From the NCBI GenBank assembly GCA_951406725.2, contig OX597814.1, positions 84,816,001-84,880,000 on the forward strand: DNA of 64,000 nt. The letters run 5' to 3'. Positions 23,095-35,975 of this stretch are shown in pieces (positions within the stretch are counted from its first letter, which is position 1; every line of letters begins with the position of its first letter). This DNA is from Octopus vulgaris (Eukaryota). The notes beneath the pieces were generated by a model. It made no database searches and had not been told where the DNA came from. It saw only the letters and a program-made list of their open reading frames with translations. Made by a program: the position numbers and the translations under genes.

Positions 23095-24742
23095 AGTGAA
23101 GAATTCCGGGTAGAAGTAGGGGTTCACCAAGGATCAGTCCTCAGCCCCCTCTTATTCATCATAGTCTTCCGGGCAATAACAGAGGAATTCAAGACAGGAT
23201 GCCCGTGGGAGCTCCTCTATGCTAATGACCTTGCTCTAATAGCTGAGTCACTACCAGAACTAGAGATGGAATTGTGGAAGCAAGGTCTAGAATTGAAGGG
23301 CCTTAGGGTTTACCTAACAAAAACCAAAGTCTTAATTAGCAGGAAGGCTGACAAACCACAAATCCCTTCAGGTAGATGGACCTGCTCAATATGTAGAGAA
23401 AACATGGGTAGAAACTCCATACAATGTACCTGGAGTAATCTATGAACACACAAAAGGTGCAGTAATATCAAAGGAAGGTTAACCAGGAAGATAGTTTTTG
23501 TGTGTGGCAGATGCACAAGGGCAATGAATACTGACGATGTATAGAAAACAAATTCCATCACATGCCAGGGGGAAAAACTAGAAGCAGTTGATAGCTTCTG
23601 CTACCTAGGTGATCAAGTCTGTAATGGGCATGGATGCTCTGAGAGTGTAGTGGCTAGAATAAGAATAGTCTGAGCAAAGTTTAAGGAGCTCCTACCTCTG
23701 CTGGTAACTAAGGGCCTCTCACTCAGGATGATAGGTAGACTATATGATGCATGTGTACGAACAGCCATGCCACACGGCAGTGAAACATGGGCTGTGACTG
23801 CTAAGGACATGCATAGGCTTGAAAGAAATGAAGCTAGTATGATCCGCTGGATGTATAGTGTCAGTGTGCATACACAACAAAGTGTGAGCACCCTGTGAGA
23901 AAAGTTGGACCTAAGAACATGGTGTGCAAGAGAGACAACTGCGCTAATATGGTCATGTGTTGTGTATTGATGAGAACAGCTGTGAGAGGAAGTGCCACAC
24001 TCTAACTGTAGAAGGAACCTGTGGAAGAGGTAGACCCAGGAAGACATGGGATGAGGTGGTGAAGCATGACCATCAAATGTTGGGCCTCACAGAGGCAACG
24101 ACAAGAGACTGAGACCTTTGGAAATATGCTGTGATCTCAACTAAAGCAAGATCGCAGCCATGGCTGATGCCTGCATTGCATGTCCAGCTCATTTAATGGT
24201 CTCTTTGATGCTTCAGGTGATTTGATATGCTTGAGAAGACCTGTTGACTCAAGTAAAACCAAATTCATAGCTGTGACCAGTGCCCCCTGACTCGCTCCCA
24301 TGCTGGTGGCACATAAAATGTATCCAAACATGGTAGATGCCAGTGCTCCTTGACTCGCTCCCATGCTGGTGGCATGTATAAAGCATCATCCAAACGTGGT
24401 CGATGCCAGTGCCCCCTGACTGGCTCCCATGCTGGTAGCATGTAAAAAGCACTATCCAAAAGTGATCGATGCCAGGGCTGCCAGACTGGCTCCCATGCCG
24501 GTAGCATGTAAAAAGCACTATCTGAACGTAATCGATGCCAGGGACAACTGAATAGCCCCTGTGCTGCTAGCACGTAAAAAGCACCCACTACACTCTTAGA
24601 TTGGTTGGCGTTAGGAAGGGCATCAGCTGTAGAAACAATGCTAGATCAGACTGAAGTCAGGTGCAGTCACTGGCTTTCCAGACCTCAGTCAAACCATCAA
24701 ATCTATGCCAGCATGGAAAACAGATGTTAAATAATGATAATG
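23095..24742 (+). mobile_element. 5'-truncated decayed RTE-clade LINE (RT C-terminal half, PHD-like finger, 5-unit 3' array)
   Basis: GVHQGSVLSPLLF, LLYAND, WTCSIC and FCYLG motifs with stops. The 3' tail matches 13.2 kb. Confidence 0.88.
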
Positions 24743-26187
24743 ATACACACACATATATATAGTTTACTTTCCATTAAGGTAAGATCAACAAAAAAAGTAC
24801 TCCATCTGACGAGAGATAAATATTGCTTAATGCACAAAGTATATAGTTATGAGCTACTGATAGTCTCATACATTGAAGAAATCATCTTGGTAGGTTTTAA
24901 AACATGTCAAGTACTCAACTAGTACTTATTTTATAAGTAATAATAAAATTGTAATATTATATATGTAATGAAGGTGGTGAGCTGGCAGAAGTGTTAGCAT
25001 GCCAGATAAAAAGCTAAGAGGTTTTTCATCTGCCTTTACATTCAGAGTTCAAATTTCATCAAGGTTGACTTTGCCTTTTGTCCTTTTAGGTCGATAAAAT
25101 AAGTATCTGTGTTTGACTTATGCCCTCTAAATTGCTGGCCTCTTGCCAAAATTAGAAATCAGTATTATATGTGTAATAAGTAAATTATATATTACTAGCA
25201 GAAACACTTTCACATTTGATTCCCAATTCTAATAATTTTTATATTTTACATCTAATTACTTCTTTGAATAATAGTGCTCACTTGCTTAATAAATAATGCT
25301 TTCATTAGTTTATCACAGGCAAAATCTCTCTTTTTTAAACAAACATCATGGTAGTCCAACAACAGAGGGTGAAGCAGTTTGTCAAGTTTTACCTTCCCCT
25401 CAAACAACATAGAGATTTCAATTCAGCAGCCCTTCTGTAAGCTTTGCAAAGTGTGTGTGAGAGAGAGGAGGATGGGGAGAACATTACAAACAATGAATGA
25501 AATAAACAGGAAATGAAAAAATCGTATAGATAAAAGGGCATTACTACAGATGTATATGCCTCCGACTTTGTTGCCTCATGACATCCAGAAAAATGGATAC
25601 TTTTTAACAAAATTTTCTACAAATACCGTCTATGTGTTGTGGCTTCAGAGTATATAGGGATGTATGAGAAAGAATTTTTCTGAGGTGGTGGAGAAAGGAG
25701 TTTTGGAAAATTCACATGATCTGACTTTTTAACCTCATAACTTTCAGGAAGAGAGTATCTTTTGATGAAAATTTATACAAACCCCTTTCAAACAGCATAG
25801 ATTATGATTATAAAGAAAGATTTTCCTCATTTTTAACCACAACCTTCAAAATGATGTGTGGGTGTGTGTGTGTGTGGAAAGGGGGGTAGGCATCTTTGCA
25901 TGAAAAAAGTTTTGTAAACTCTTTTTTTTTTACACCCACCTCATCAACACACTCCAGACTTATTTTGGCCAATTCTTTTTGCACTTCAAAACCATGGGAA
26001 GAGCATTTTCAGTAAAAAATGTTTTTTAATTGTTAATATTTTCAGAGGGAAAAGTGAGTGATTTAAGAGTGATTTGGCTGTTGTTTCTAGCTTATCCAAA
26101 GACAAATCTCCTCGTTTCTTTATCACTCTTGCATATATTGATGTTTTTCAATATCCCCCCCCCCCCCATAAATACATTTATATTCTA

Positions 26188-26824
26188 CTAGCAGTATCGC
26201 CTGGCGTTGCTCGGGTTTGTAAGGGAAATAACTATATAAGCATTTTTAGAGAGTTATAGCCAAAAAATAGCAAAAAATGCATTAAAAATGGAAAAAATAT
26301 GATGGTAATTTTTTTTTAAAATCGTTGACTCATCGTAGACATTTTTAGAGAGTTACTTCCCTTATATAATAGCGAAAAAATGCATTAAAATGGAAAAAAA
26401 ACGATGGTAAATTTTTTTTTAAATTGTAGACTCATGTAGACGCTTTCTTAGCCATTTCTGTTTTGGTGTCTTCAAGCCATGAATTCGTTGTTCTAAAAGA
26501 ACACTGGTCTCCTTGACAACGCATTACGACGTTGATTTCCTTACACTCCCTTCCCCACAGGTGCAGGTGTGAGCGTGGACGCCAACTCCGCCGCCATCGA
26601 CACACGAAAAATTATGCATTAAAATGGAATAAAAAATGATGTTAAATTATTTTTTAAATCGTAGACTCATCGTAGACGTGCGCTAATATTCAGACGGGCT
26701 CGATATGAATCACGACTATAAGCTACCCGAATTTGGTTAAACTGTACCGCAAAATGTGGGAGTAGTTAGGAATCTAAATCGAAGGGGACAGACACTCACA
26801 CAACTACAGTTTTATATATATAGA
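26188..26824 (-). mobile_element. Non-autonomous Helitron
   Basis: On the minus strand: 5' TCTATATATATAAAACTG, 3' hairpin CCCGAGCAACGCCAGG plus CTAG. Same family as 54949-55334. Confidence 0.82.
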
Positions 26825-26899
26825 TATACATAGCGCAGTAGTGGTGAGATATGACAGCAAAGAAAAGCATACATTCACTCTCTGCATGCAATTAGACTC

Positions 26900-27200
26900 G
26901 GAAAGTTCGTGAGGAACCCATTGACCCAATTTGCTGACTTTTCCGATAGCACACAGGTGTCAATGAATGGTTGAATGACCAAATCCAAGCTTCTCTGCTA
27001 ATTCCTCAACAGTTATGATGATATTTTGTTCCACCAGGGTTTTCAGGATGTCCTTGTCGAGTTCTACAGATCTTTCAGGATGAGGCTCGTCTTCTAGGCT
27101 GTAGTTTATGGCTCGGGATTTCTGGAACCACCATTGACACTGCCTTACGCTTATTGTCCAATCCCCATATACTGCATTAATATTTCTTGTACTTTGCACA
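26900..27200 (-). mobile_element. mariner transposase N-terminal (HTH) remnant
   Basis: RNINAVYGDWTISVRQCQWWFQK...SLEDEPHPERSVE...TVEELAEKLGFGHSTIH. Confidence 0.8.
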
Positions 27201-27259
27201 CATTTATATTCTGTTATTCTTTTATATGTTTCAGCCTTGAGGTTGTGGCCATGCTGGAT

Positions 27260-27261
<2 letters not shown>

Positions 27262-27293
<32 letters not shown>

Positions 27294-27590
27294 TATCTGT
27301 CTGTCTGTATGTATGTATATATGTATATGTATGTGTGTGAACAATAATATTTTCAACAGATGTGTTGCAAATGTATCTGATTGTTCTCAAGCTTCAATAC
27401 TGTGTGTGTGTGTATGTGTGTGTGTGTGTGTATGTATGTATATGTATGTATGTATGTATGTATATGTATGTATGTATGTATGTGTGTATGTATGTATGTG
27501 TGTGTGTATGTATGTGTGTGTATATGTGTGTGTGTATGTATGTATGTATGTATGTATGTATGTATGTATGTATGTATGTATGTATGTATG
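27262..27590. repeat. Compound (GT)n/(ATGT)n microsatellite
   Basis: Direct inspection. Confidence 0.9.
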
Positions 27591-27799
27591 AGTGTATGTT
27601 TACTTTATTACTAATTACTCTCTTCCAAGAACATTTTCACTCACTCTTAGCTCTTAGCTTCCCATACATTTTACTCATGTATCTATCAGCGTCATAGACA
27701 GAATACTTTCACTTTAGTCTTCCTCAAATCACTCTGTCGCTATTTACTTTCATTTTATTCGTTGCCCACTGTGTGTGTGCGTTTGCGTGTGGTGTAAAC

Positions 27800-28014
27800 C
27801 AGACTAAGAAAAGCATTTGACACACACACTAGAATGTGAGTTTTCTGTAAATTTTGCTTAATTGGAGTTTAAATTTTAAAAACTGGACCTGGCATGACGC
27901 GATGCATTGTACTCTCAAAAATGCTAGGTAAATTGTAATTGAAGAAATCCTATATTGTAGATTTCTATAACTCCCAAAGGGAGGCAGATAAAATCTGCCT
28001 TTTATAATAAGAGA
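27800..28014 (-). mobile_element. Helitron 5' end (family starting TCTCTTATTATAAAAGGCAG)
   Basis: Reverse complement of the starts at 53071 and 53860. Confidence 0.7.
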
Positions 28015-28251
28015 TAAAAAAGAAAATTTGAGAAATTATGAATTTTTTGCAACTCCACCCTCTGCCCCGATTGTGTCTGTTTAGAAATTAAAATATTGGA
28101 GAGCCTGAGAAGGTCATTTCTGGTATTTATCCACATGGAGATGTACTTGCATAGCAAGTGACTTGATCTGAGATTGTGTGCTGAAACAAAAACAATTGCA
28201 GCATAGATGTTTGTAAGCCATTCAAGAACACACAGAAATCATTCATTTCAC

Positions 28252-28503
28252 AGCACTACTTAAATACAGAGGTCCTGATGCATCTACATAATGATATGAA
28301 AGGGAGGATTAGTTTTAGGGTTAAATTTAGGGTTAGTTTTAGGGTTAAATTTAGGGCTAGTTTTAGGGTTGGTTAGGGTTAGGGTGTTATTACACATCCA
28401 CACAGTGTACATTTAAAATGTTTTGTACATAACACCTGTATTTAAGTAGTACCCATGTATTTAAGTAGCAGTGTTAAGGGACCTCTGTATTTAAATAGTA
28501 CCA
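28252..28503. mobile_element. Small TIR element carrying telomere-like TTAGGG variants (28309-28385)
   Basis: TIRs ACTACTTAAATACAGAGGTCC / GGACCTCTGTATTTAAATAGT. Internal (TTTTAGGGTTAR)n and TTAGGGTTAGGG. Confidence 0.65.
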
Positions 28504-28744
28504 GTTTCACTTCAACATTAAAACTTCATTTGTGTCAAAATATTTTCTTCACTTTGAAACCACGACCTGTTCACTGACAAAACTTTACAAAAGTAGTGCA
28601 GCACAAAGTTTTGTCAGTGTGCAGCAAACATACACACAGACACATGCACAAACATTCATTTGCCTTTCATTTGTGTGTATGTGTATCTATGTGTGAGTGT
28701 GAGTGTGTCACTGTTGAAGTCGCTCATGCAACTTGTTTCTATCA

Positions 28745-29186
28745 AAAATCAAAAATCAAAATCAATCAACATGAATGGAAATTGTAGCTGTAATACTAGT
28801 GCCGGTGGCACATAAGAGAACCATCTGAACGTGGCCATTGCCAGCGCCGCCCTGACTGGCTTCTGTGCCGGTGGCACGTAAAAAGCACCATCCGATCGTG
28901 GCCGTTGCCAGCCTCGCCTGGCCTCCATGCCGGTAGCACGTAAAAAGCACCATCCGATCGTGGCCATTTGCCAGCCTCGTCTGGCACCTGTGCCGGTGGC
29001 ACGTAAAAAGCACCCACTACACTCATGGAGTGGTTGGCATTAGGAAGGGCATCCAGCTGTAGAAACATTGCCAGATCAGACTGGGCCTGGTGCAGCCTTC
29101 TGGCTTCCCAGACCCCAGTTGCACCGTCCAACCCATGCCAGCATGGAAAACAAACGCTAAACAATGATGATGATGATGATGATGAT
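28745..29186 (+). mobile_element. RTE 3' UTR-only copy (4 repeat units plus (GAT)n tail)
   Basis: GTGCCGGTGGCACGTAAAAAGCACC units followed by GGAGTGGTTGGCATTAGGAAGGGCATCCAGCTGTAGAAAC. Confidence 0.88.
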
Positions 29187-29503
29187 TGGCTTAGTGGTAC
29201 AGAGTGTTTGGAAACTGAATAAAAGTTTTGAGTACTTGTCGGTAACTTTTTGTTTTCTCCTTGTCTTCTGATAGTAATTACCCAACTTTCTAGGCTCTTC
29301 TCACAGCTATACCACATTCAAAAATTGTACAGGTATATTAAAAATTTTCTTTCAATAAATAATAAATTACATACACATTAATGGAATAATAAATAATAAA
29401 TTACGTATACATTAATAGAATAAACTGTCGGTTTTCGAAAGAGCAAATGAAAACTTAAAAGAGAAAGTGAGAGACTTTGTAAATGAAAATGGAATACTCC
29501 GCG

Positions 29504-29620
29504 GTGAATGCAATGTATATTTAAATTTGTAAATTGGACACAGTGAATGCAACGGCCATTTAAATTTGTGAATTGGACACAGTGAATGCAATGAATATTT
29601 AAATTTGTGAGAAATTGGAG
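29504..29620. repeat. 39-bp minisatellite, 3 copies
   Basis: GTGAATGCAA...TTTAAATTTGT.AATTGGACACA at 29504, 29543 and 29582. Confidence 0.85.
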
Positions 29621-31790
29621 TTTAATAAATTCAAGAAACTTGAGAAATCGAAATTATAGGAAATTTCTTAGAACAAGAATTTATAAAAATATTTCTAGGA
29701 GTTCAACCCTTTAATACTTGCTTTCTTTTAGTGCTTTTGGTAATTGTTACATACCTAATTAATAAGCAGCTTTCTCCATTATAGTATAGATGCACCTTAT
29801 TGTGTTTTATTATGTGCATGGTCTCTGGTTTGTGGAAAAATTATTATGCATGAAACCAGTTGCCAAAAAGTTGGGAACTACGACTTTACATCATATTCAA
29901 AGGGTTCTTTGATCCTTTTATTTATACTGTAAGCTATTTCTTTTCTACATGTTGTGTGGTGTCCTTTCACTGCTCTTCCATTACTACATTATTTTCCCAA
30001 GTTTGCTGTTTATCAATGGATAGTTGTTATCAGTTATAGGGATTTTTCCTAAATGGGTGACATATGTAACTTTGACTTAATATCTCTGCATGTTTTTTCT
30101 TTTATCCCATTGATGTTATATGAAATTTTGTGCACTGCTTTCCTAAATTTCTTGGGTAGCTCACTTCTGGGTGAGTATTGTATGAACATCACACCTTATA
30201 ATTAGGTGCATGCATGGTTATGGAACCAAGAAGCTTGCTTTGCAATCATTTTGGTTTCAGGTCCAGTCCCACTGCATGGTACCTTGCGCAAGTGTCTTCT
30301 ACTCTAGCTCCAGGTCAACCAATGCCATGTGAGTGAATTTGACAGATGGAAATTGCATGGAAACCTGCCGTATATGTCTTCATGTTTGTCCTTGACCACT
30401 GCTTGACAGCCAGTGTTGGTTTGTTAATACCCCTCGTAATTCAGCAGTTCAGCAACGGATACCAATAGAATATGTAGCAGAAGTACCAGATTTTAAAATA
30501 TGTACTGGGATTGATTTGTTCAACTAAACTGTTCAAAGTAGTGCCCCAGCATGGCCATAGCATTCAAATTACTCTGTCAAATGTAATGCTTGTTGATTCA
30601 CATTGTTTTGAGTAATCATGCACTTATCTTACAGCTTCAAGATTTTGATGATGTGATTACTTATTTTTGAGAACGACATTGTAGGATAGGTTTGAGATAT
30701 GGCCAGTTTAAATGCTAAAGGGTTAAGAAAGAGAAAAAAACACAACAAATCTGCTTTTTGTTGTTGTTGCTGTTTCTTTTTAAATTTACTTTTTTTCTTT
30801 TCTTACATATTTCCCCATTTGCTTTGTTGTCAATGCTGTTGATGGTTTTGATTTATTTCCCTCTTTACACTCTTTTTTTTCCCATCTGCTGTGATAGAAG
30901 CAGTCCTGCATGTGCTCAGTTCATAGAATAGACACAGACAAAATGCATTTTTCAACACCCTTATTAGATCTGCAATAAAAATGTTAATTTTTTGAAAAAA
31001 CAGTAAAGCTCCAGAAGACTAAGTGCTTTGTGGTCTTAGATTCCATATCACGTGAATGGACAAGTTGTTCCTAGTTGTTTATAGTTTCTAGCAATAGTTC
31101 AGTATCTAGAACAGGTAAACTTTTGTTGGGATATCCATCTAGAACAGGTACTTAATGGCCACCTTGATGCATTAGCAGAGAGAATTTACTATGTGCAGGA
31201 TACTTTCCATAATAAATTTTCCTAAATTCAAGGCATTATCAGGTTTGATTATTTTTATCCTAAAGTTTTTATCATCAACATATCAAGAAAAGGGCAAACT
31301 TTCAGAATAGCTGTCCCACATAAGTTGGAATTTCTCCGTTTTTGCTAGGATTTTTCCAAATGTTTTTGTATCCCAAGTTTCAAAACAATTAGGGGACTCC
31401 TTTTCTTTTATCAAAAAAATCTATGTTTTTAAATGTTCCTCACCCTCTGCCAACCATCACATCTTTTCTTTGGAATAGCAGTCACCACTAACATAACATA
31501 TTTCTTTTCTTTTCTATCATTTTTATTTTTCATCATTTTATTCCAGGTATAAAATTCTTCATTAGGTACCACCTGTGTCACTTATCCCACTACACCATGA
31601 AACGGTAAGCTATATTTTCAAGAACATCAACTGTGATAGTCACACCCATCTTCTGAGTGTTTAGTTTATTATAAAATTTAAATGTTACCCTTCAGTATCA
31701 TTTTTATGCATGAACCAACAGCATGTGCCATCATAATTTCTATTTAGTTGTGGTCTGTTGAAGTTTGGGTGAGTTTGGTCTATCCTTTTG

Positions 31791-31821
<31 letters not shown>

Positions 31822-31843
31822 GAGAGAGAAAGAGAGTACATAC

Positions 31844-31974
31844 CAATAATTTTTTGTGAAGTGTTTATCAATGTAACTAATGGTGTTATAGCTGAGTCCA
31901 AGATGAATCAATGGTGGAGGTTGATCACATAAACTTGTTAAATCACTGATCTTGTTGGCACTCAATTCCAGCCT
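31844..31974 (-). CDS. LRRC43: LRRC43-like exon, LRRs (RLELSANKISDLTSLCDQPPPLIHLGLSYNTISYIDKHFTKNY-W)
   Basis: Acceptor tcacag|, donor TG|GTATGT, 131 nt, phase 0 to 2. LHLGLxxN motif. Confidence 0.92.
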
Positions 31975-32177
31975 CTGTGAACATATAGAGTAGAAGCTGC
32001 TTATGAAATACATAAATAATTTATCTTAAATATAAGGTTTAAAATATATTCATATTGCAAACAGCAACTAAACCCAACTCTGTATATCAGTACATCAGTA
32101 TTTTTCAAAAGTATGAAAAGGATTATAATTCTTGAAGAAAAAACTGATGAATTGAAACACTTGTAAGGTATTTAAAT

Positions 32178-32216
<39 letters not shown>

Positions 32217-32306
32217 AGTGTGTGTGGTTCAACTATGTTTGCCTCAATGCGACCACAGTGGTGACTTCTTGCCAGGATCAGGTGCACAAACATTCTCTAG
32301 AAGTGT

Positions 32307-35300
32307 TGTATAGTGAAACTGTACACCCTTCCCACTAAGAAGTAGTAGTAGCCAGCCATTATAAATAGACCAGTAACTGGTTGACCGACTGAAAATCAGA
32401 AAGGTCGTGTGTAGAATGTGTTGATAGTCGTGTCTGTGCTGATATAGTAATTATACTGTGATACTGAGTGGACATTATAACAATCCGACCTTTTGAGGAT
32501 GATACAGTGTCGTCAAAAGACAGATACAAAAGTGGTAAAGACCACTTCACAACAGTGGTAACAAGGAAAAACAAATTTATGTGGAGTGAAAAAAAATATT
32601 CACATGGAGAGTTTAAACTAATTCACGTAGAAAATTAAATACCTTGACAAAAAAGAAACAAAAATCTTGTGCAAACTTAAGAAAATCATAAAATATTTAA
32701 AGACTTGTTAGCTGGGATAGTTGAGTTGCAAAAATAGCAAGGAACAATGAGAACAACAACAAGGATTGCAGCAGCAAATGTTACACCTAATGAAGTTGAT
32801 AACCAATCTGGAGAATACATTTTCACCTGATCATGTAGTAAATTCCATAAGCAAATTCAAATATGACCCTGAAGAAGGAGTAAGCTTCAAGGCTTACTTT
32901 TGAAGATTTCAAATTTTTGAAAAAGAATGTCAGAATTGGATGAACGAAATGAAAATACTTCTAGTTTTAAGAAAACTAGTGACAGTAGAGCATGAGAAGT
33001 ACTGTAACTTTATATTGCCAAAAAAAGTGTCTGACATAAATTTCACTGACACAGTTGACATTTTGTGCAAAATGCTTAGTGAAAAGAGCTCACTGTTTAA
33101 TACTAGATGGAAATGTATAAACATAGAAAAGAACGAAGATGAAGACTTCACTACTTACACAGGCAGACTCAACAAAGAATATGATGAAATTTTGGTAGTG
33201 ATCCGGGAATTTTTATGGATTCTTGAAGGATTTTTCATTTGTTATATCTATTTTACACGAAGTATTGCAATGTTACGTTCTTTGATTATCTCCCTTGAAA
33301 ACACATTCATTGTTTCCATGTAATCTATGGTGGCGTTTCTGATTCCAAAGTTTATTTTCGTTTCTCTATTAGTAATTTTACTCACGTATCTATCTTAAAA
33401 TGAACTGAAAGAGGTCTGCGGAGGATGACATGAGAAGCCTTGACTATTGGGATTGACTCAAAAAGCTCAGGCTTTGCTCTCCCCACCGCCACTGTGAGCT
33501 CTATATCATCTGTATGATGTGGAAAATATTCCATCAGCATTGCCCATCTTTAAAATTCTTCCGCGGCTTGGCCCCTGTGCCATCCATCCACTACAGAAAT
33601 GTTCGTGTCGTATCACAACACTATGACAGAACTATTTCACCTCAATTGGCCCTGCTCTCTTCAACATCATGTCAAACACACATAAAGGAGGAAAGTGACT
33701 TCATGGCATTCAAACAATCCCTAGATGGTTACCCACAACAAATACCAGATAAACCACCCACACCCAGATATGTCTCTGAAAACAATAACCCTCTGCTTGA
33801 ATGGACTATGGTTACCCAGAGCTGACTGTGTATCTCTTCCAGGTGGTGCTATTAAATTAGACATGGCCTGAGTCAACTTCAGCCGAAACTTATCTAAGTA
33901 ATCTAATCTATGCTGTACCTATTAATCAAAGCATGACAATGTGGGTAGAAGCTGATCTCTTAATATTTCTGATGGTCTTAAATATAAAAAAAAAATTATT
34001 AAAGATTTATATGGAACTACATTCAGAGTGTCTATAAGCTATTGTGTTTAGACCTGGTTTCTATCCTCAAACTGTTCCGTTTTGTAGATGCAATTTTTTT
34101 TTTTATGAAGAACTCCGAAATTAGAAAAATATAAAATCTGCAACAATCTCGGTCCCATGAGTATCGGATAATGGATTTTCAACGGTGATTGTGGTGAAAG
34201 CAGAGACAGTGTTGATGATGACAATGGGAAGAGGATAAAATAGTATCGGTGGTTATAATGGCGACAGGAGCAGTGTGATGTGTGATGCTGAGGTGATGGT
34301 GGTAATAGTGGTGTTGATGATAGTGTTAGTTGTGTGATGGTGGTATTGTATTGGTTATACTGGTTGTGATGGTGAAAGTGACTGTCAAAGTAACCATCAT
34401 GATAACGTTGATGGTGGTATATGTGGTTGAAGTGGAAGCAATGACAATGCTGTTGATGATGTTGGTGGTTGTGGTGGTGGTGATAGAGGTAGGAAAGTTG
34501 TGGTGGTGATTGTGATATGGTGGTAGTGGTGGTGGTGGTGGTCATTACCGTTTGGCGGAGGTCTGCATTCTCTGAGTGCTTTTCCAGTTACTTAATAGTA
34601 GTGGATAGCAACACAAAATGGCTTGAGGCTGTGAGGGGTAAATGACCAACCTCATATACAGTAATAAACTTCTTATACAAGCTGTTTGCAAGATTTGGTG
34701 TACTGGATACAATTATCTTTGATGACAGAACCCAGTTTGTATCTTGTGAGTTTAAAAGATTCTGCAAGATGTTCATGTTAGAACATAAAAATTATAGCAT
34801 CATATCACCCTAGATCAAATAGAAGGGCCAAACAGTTCATGGACACTTTTGAGAGAGCTTTAAAGAAAGCTAATAAGGAAGCCACAAACAAGGCCATGAT
34901 CCAACAATTCTTGAGGGTATACAGGGTAACTCTGAACCCAAATGTGCCAGAAGGAAGTTCACCAGCAGAATTAATGTTTGCCAGAAAGGTGAAGTCAGTA
35001 ATCGATAAAATGTTACTAGTAGAGTCAGTGATAAGCTATAAGTAAGAATGTACAAAAAGGGCAAGCAATACTGGGAAGAAGGAGAAATTGTAACATACAT
35101 AGGAAGAATGATTTATGGTGTAAGAAGCAGAAATGGAATGGAAAGGGGACATAGAAATCCACTTAAGGAAAGAGTCATAGAAAAGGAATCAACAAGAGTA
35201 GAAATACCAATGGATTGGCTATATGACACTTTTCAGGTTCCAACACCATTACAAGAAATTGAAAAGAAACATACAAGGAAAAGGAAGAACACTGAATTCT

Positions 35301-35758
35301 TAAACGTAGACTCTAAAAAGAAAAGATATTGAATATATATATATACATATATATATATATAAAGAAAGTAGGGTGAATAAAAGAAATTGATTGTTAATAA
35401 AAAAAATTAAAAGGGGAGATGTATAGTGAAACTTTACACCCCTCCTAGTAAAAAGTGGTAGTAGCCAGCCATTATAAATACCCCAGTGGCCAGTCGATAG
35501 ACAGAAGGCCAGAAAGGTCAAGAGTACGTGTAGACTGTGTTGATAGTTGTGTCTGTGCTGATATAGTAATTATACTGTGATACTGAGTGGACATTACAAC
35601 GATTCAACCTTTTGAGGATAATAACACTGTATGACTGGGGGTTGTACAGTGCCACATAGAACCATTCTATCGATGACTTTGGAATATAACAATATCTGAC
35701 AGAGCAACAACCATCATCAAAAGACAGATACAAAAGTGGTAAAGACCACTTTATAACA
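32307..35758 (+). mobile_element. Decayed Gypsy-type LTR retrotransposon: LTRs 32307-32554 and 35420-35758, gag and integrase remnants, middle replaced by other repeats
   Basis: Both LTRs run TG...CA and are clearly homologous. PBS-like TGGTAACAAGG follows the 5' LTR and PPT AAAAGGGGAGA precedes the 3' LTR. Gag-like HEKYCNFILPK..SLFNTRWKC; integrase-like DTFERALKK..SPAELMF. No TSD seen. Confidence 0.88.
33420..33910 (+). mobile_element. CR1/L2-like LINE 3' fragment nested in the LTR element
   Basis: YIICMMWKI..FKQSLDGYPQQIPDKPPTPRY-type C-terminus. Its 3' UTR GGTGCTATTAA.TTAGACATGGC also occurs at about 4555-4610. Confidence 0.55.
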
Positions 35759-35890
35759 AGAACAATACTCTGCAAAACCAAATATATGGCACCCTAGTCA
35801 TAACACCAACTTGAACTTCTAACTTGTCTCTAGAGGTCTCTGGGTGAGACTTGGAGTCAACTTGTACAAATACCAAGCAAAAGCCAGACA

Positions 35891-35900
35891 AATAATAATG

Positions 35901-35975
<75 letters not shown>
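35891..35975. repeat. (AAT)n microsatellite, preceded by a probable R4/Dong-like 3' UTR (35760-35890)
   Basis: The microsatellite is seen directly. The Dong assignment is inferred from the TAA-tract association. Confidence 0.8.

Noticed and set aside
24276-24590. CRISPR-like or retron-like reading of the repeat array next to an RT
   Set aside because: The inter-core segments are homologous to each other rather than unique spacers, there are no cas genes, and the RT is a eukaryotic non-LTR type. Kept as a UTR array finding instead.
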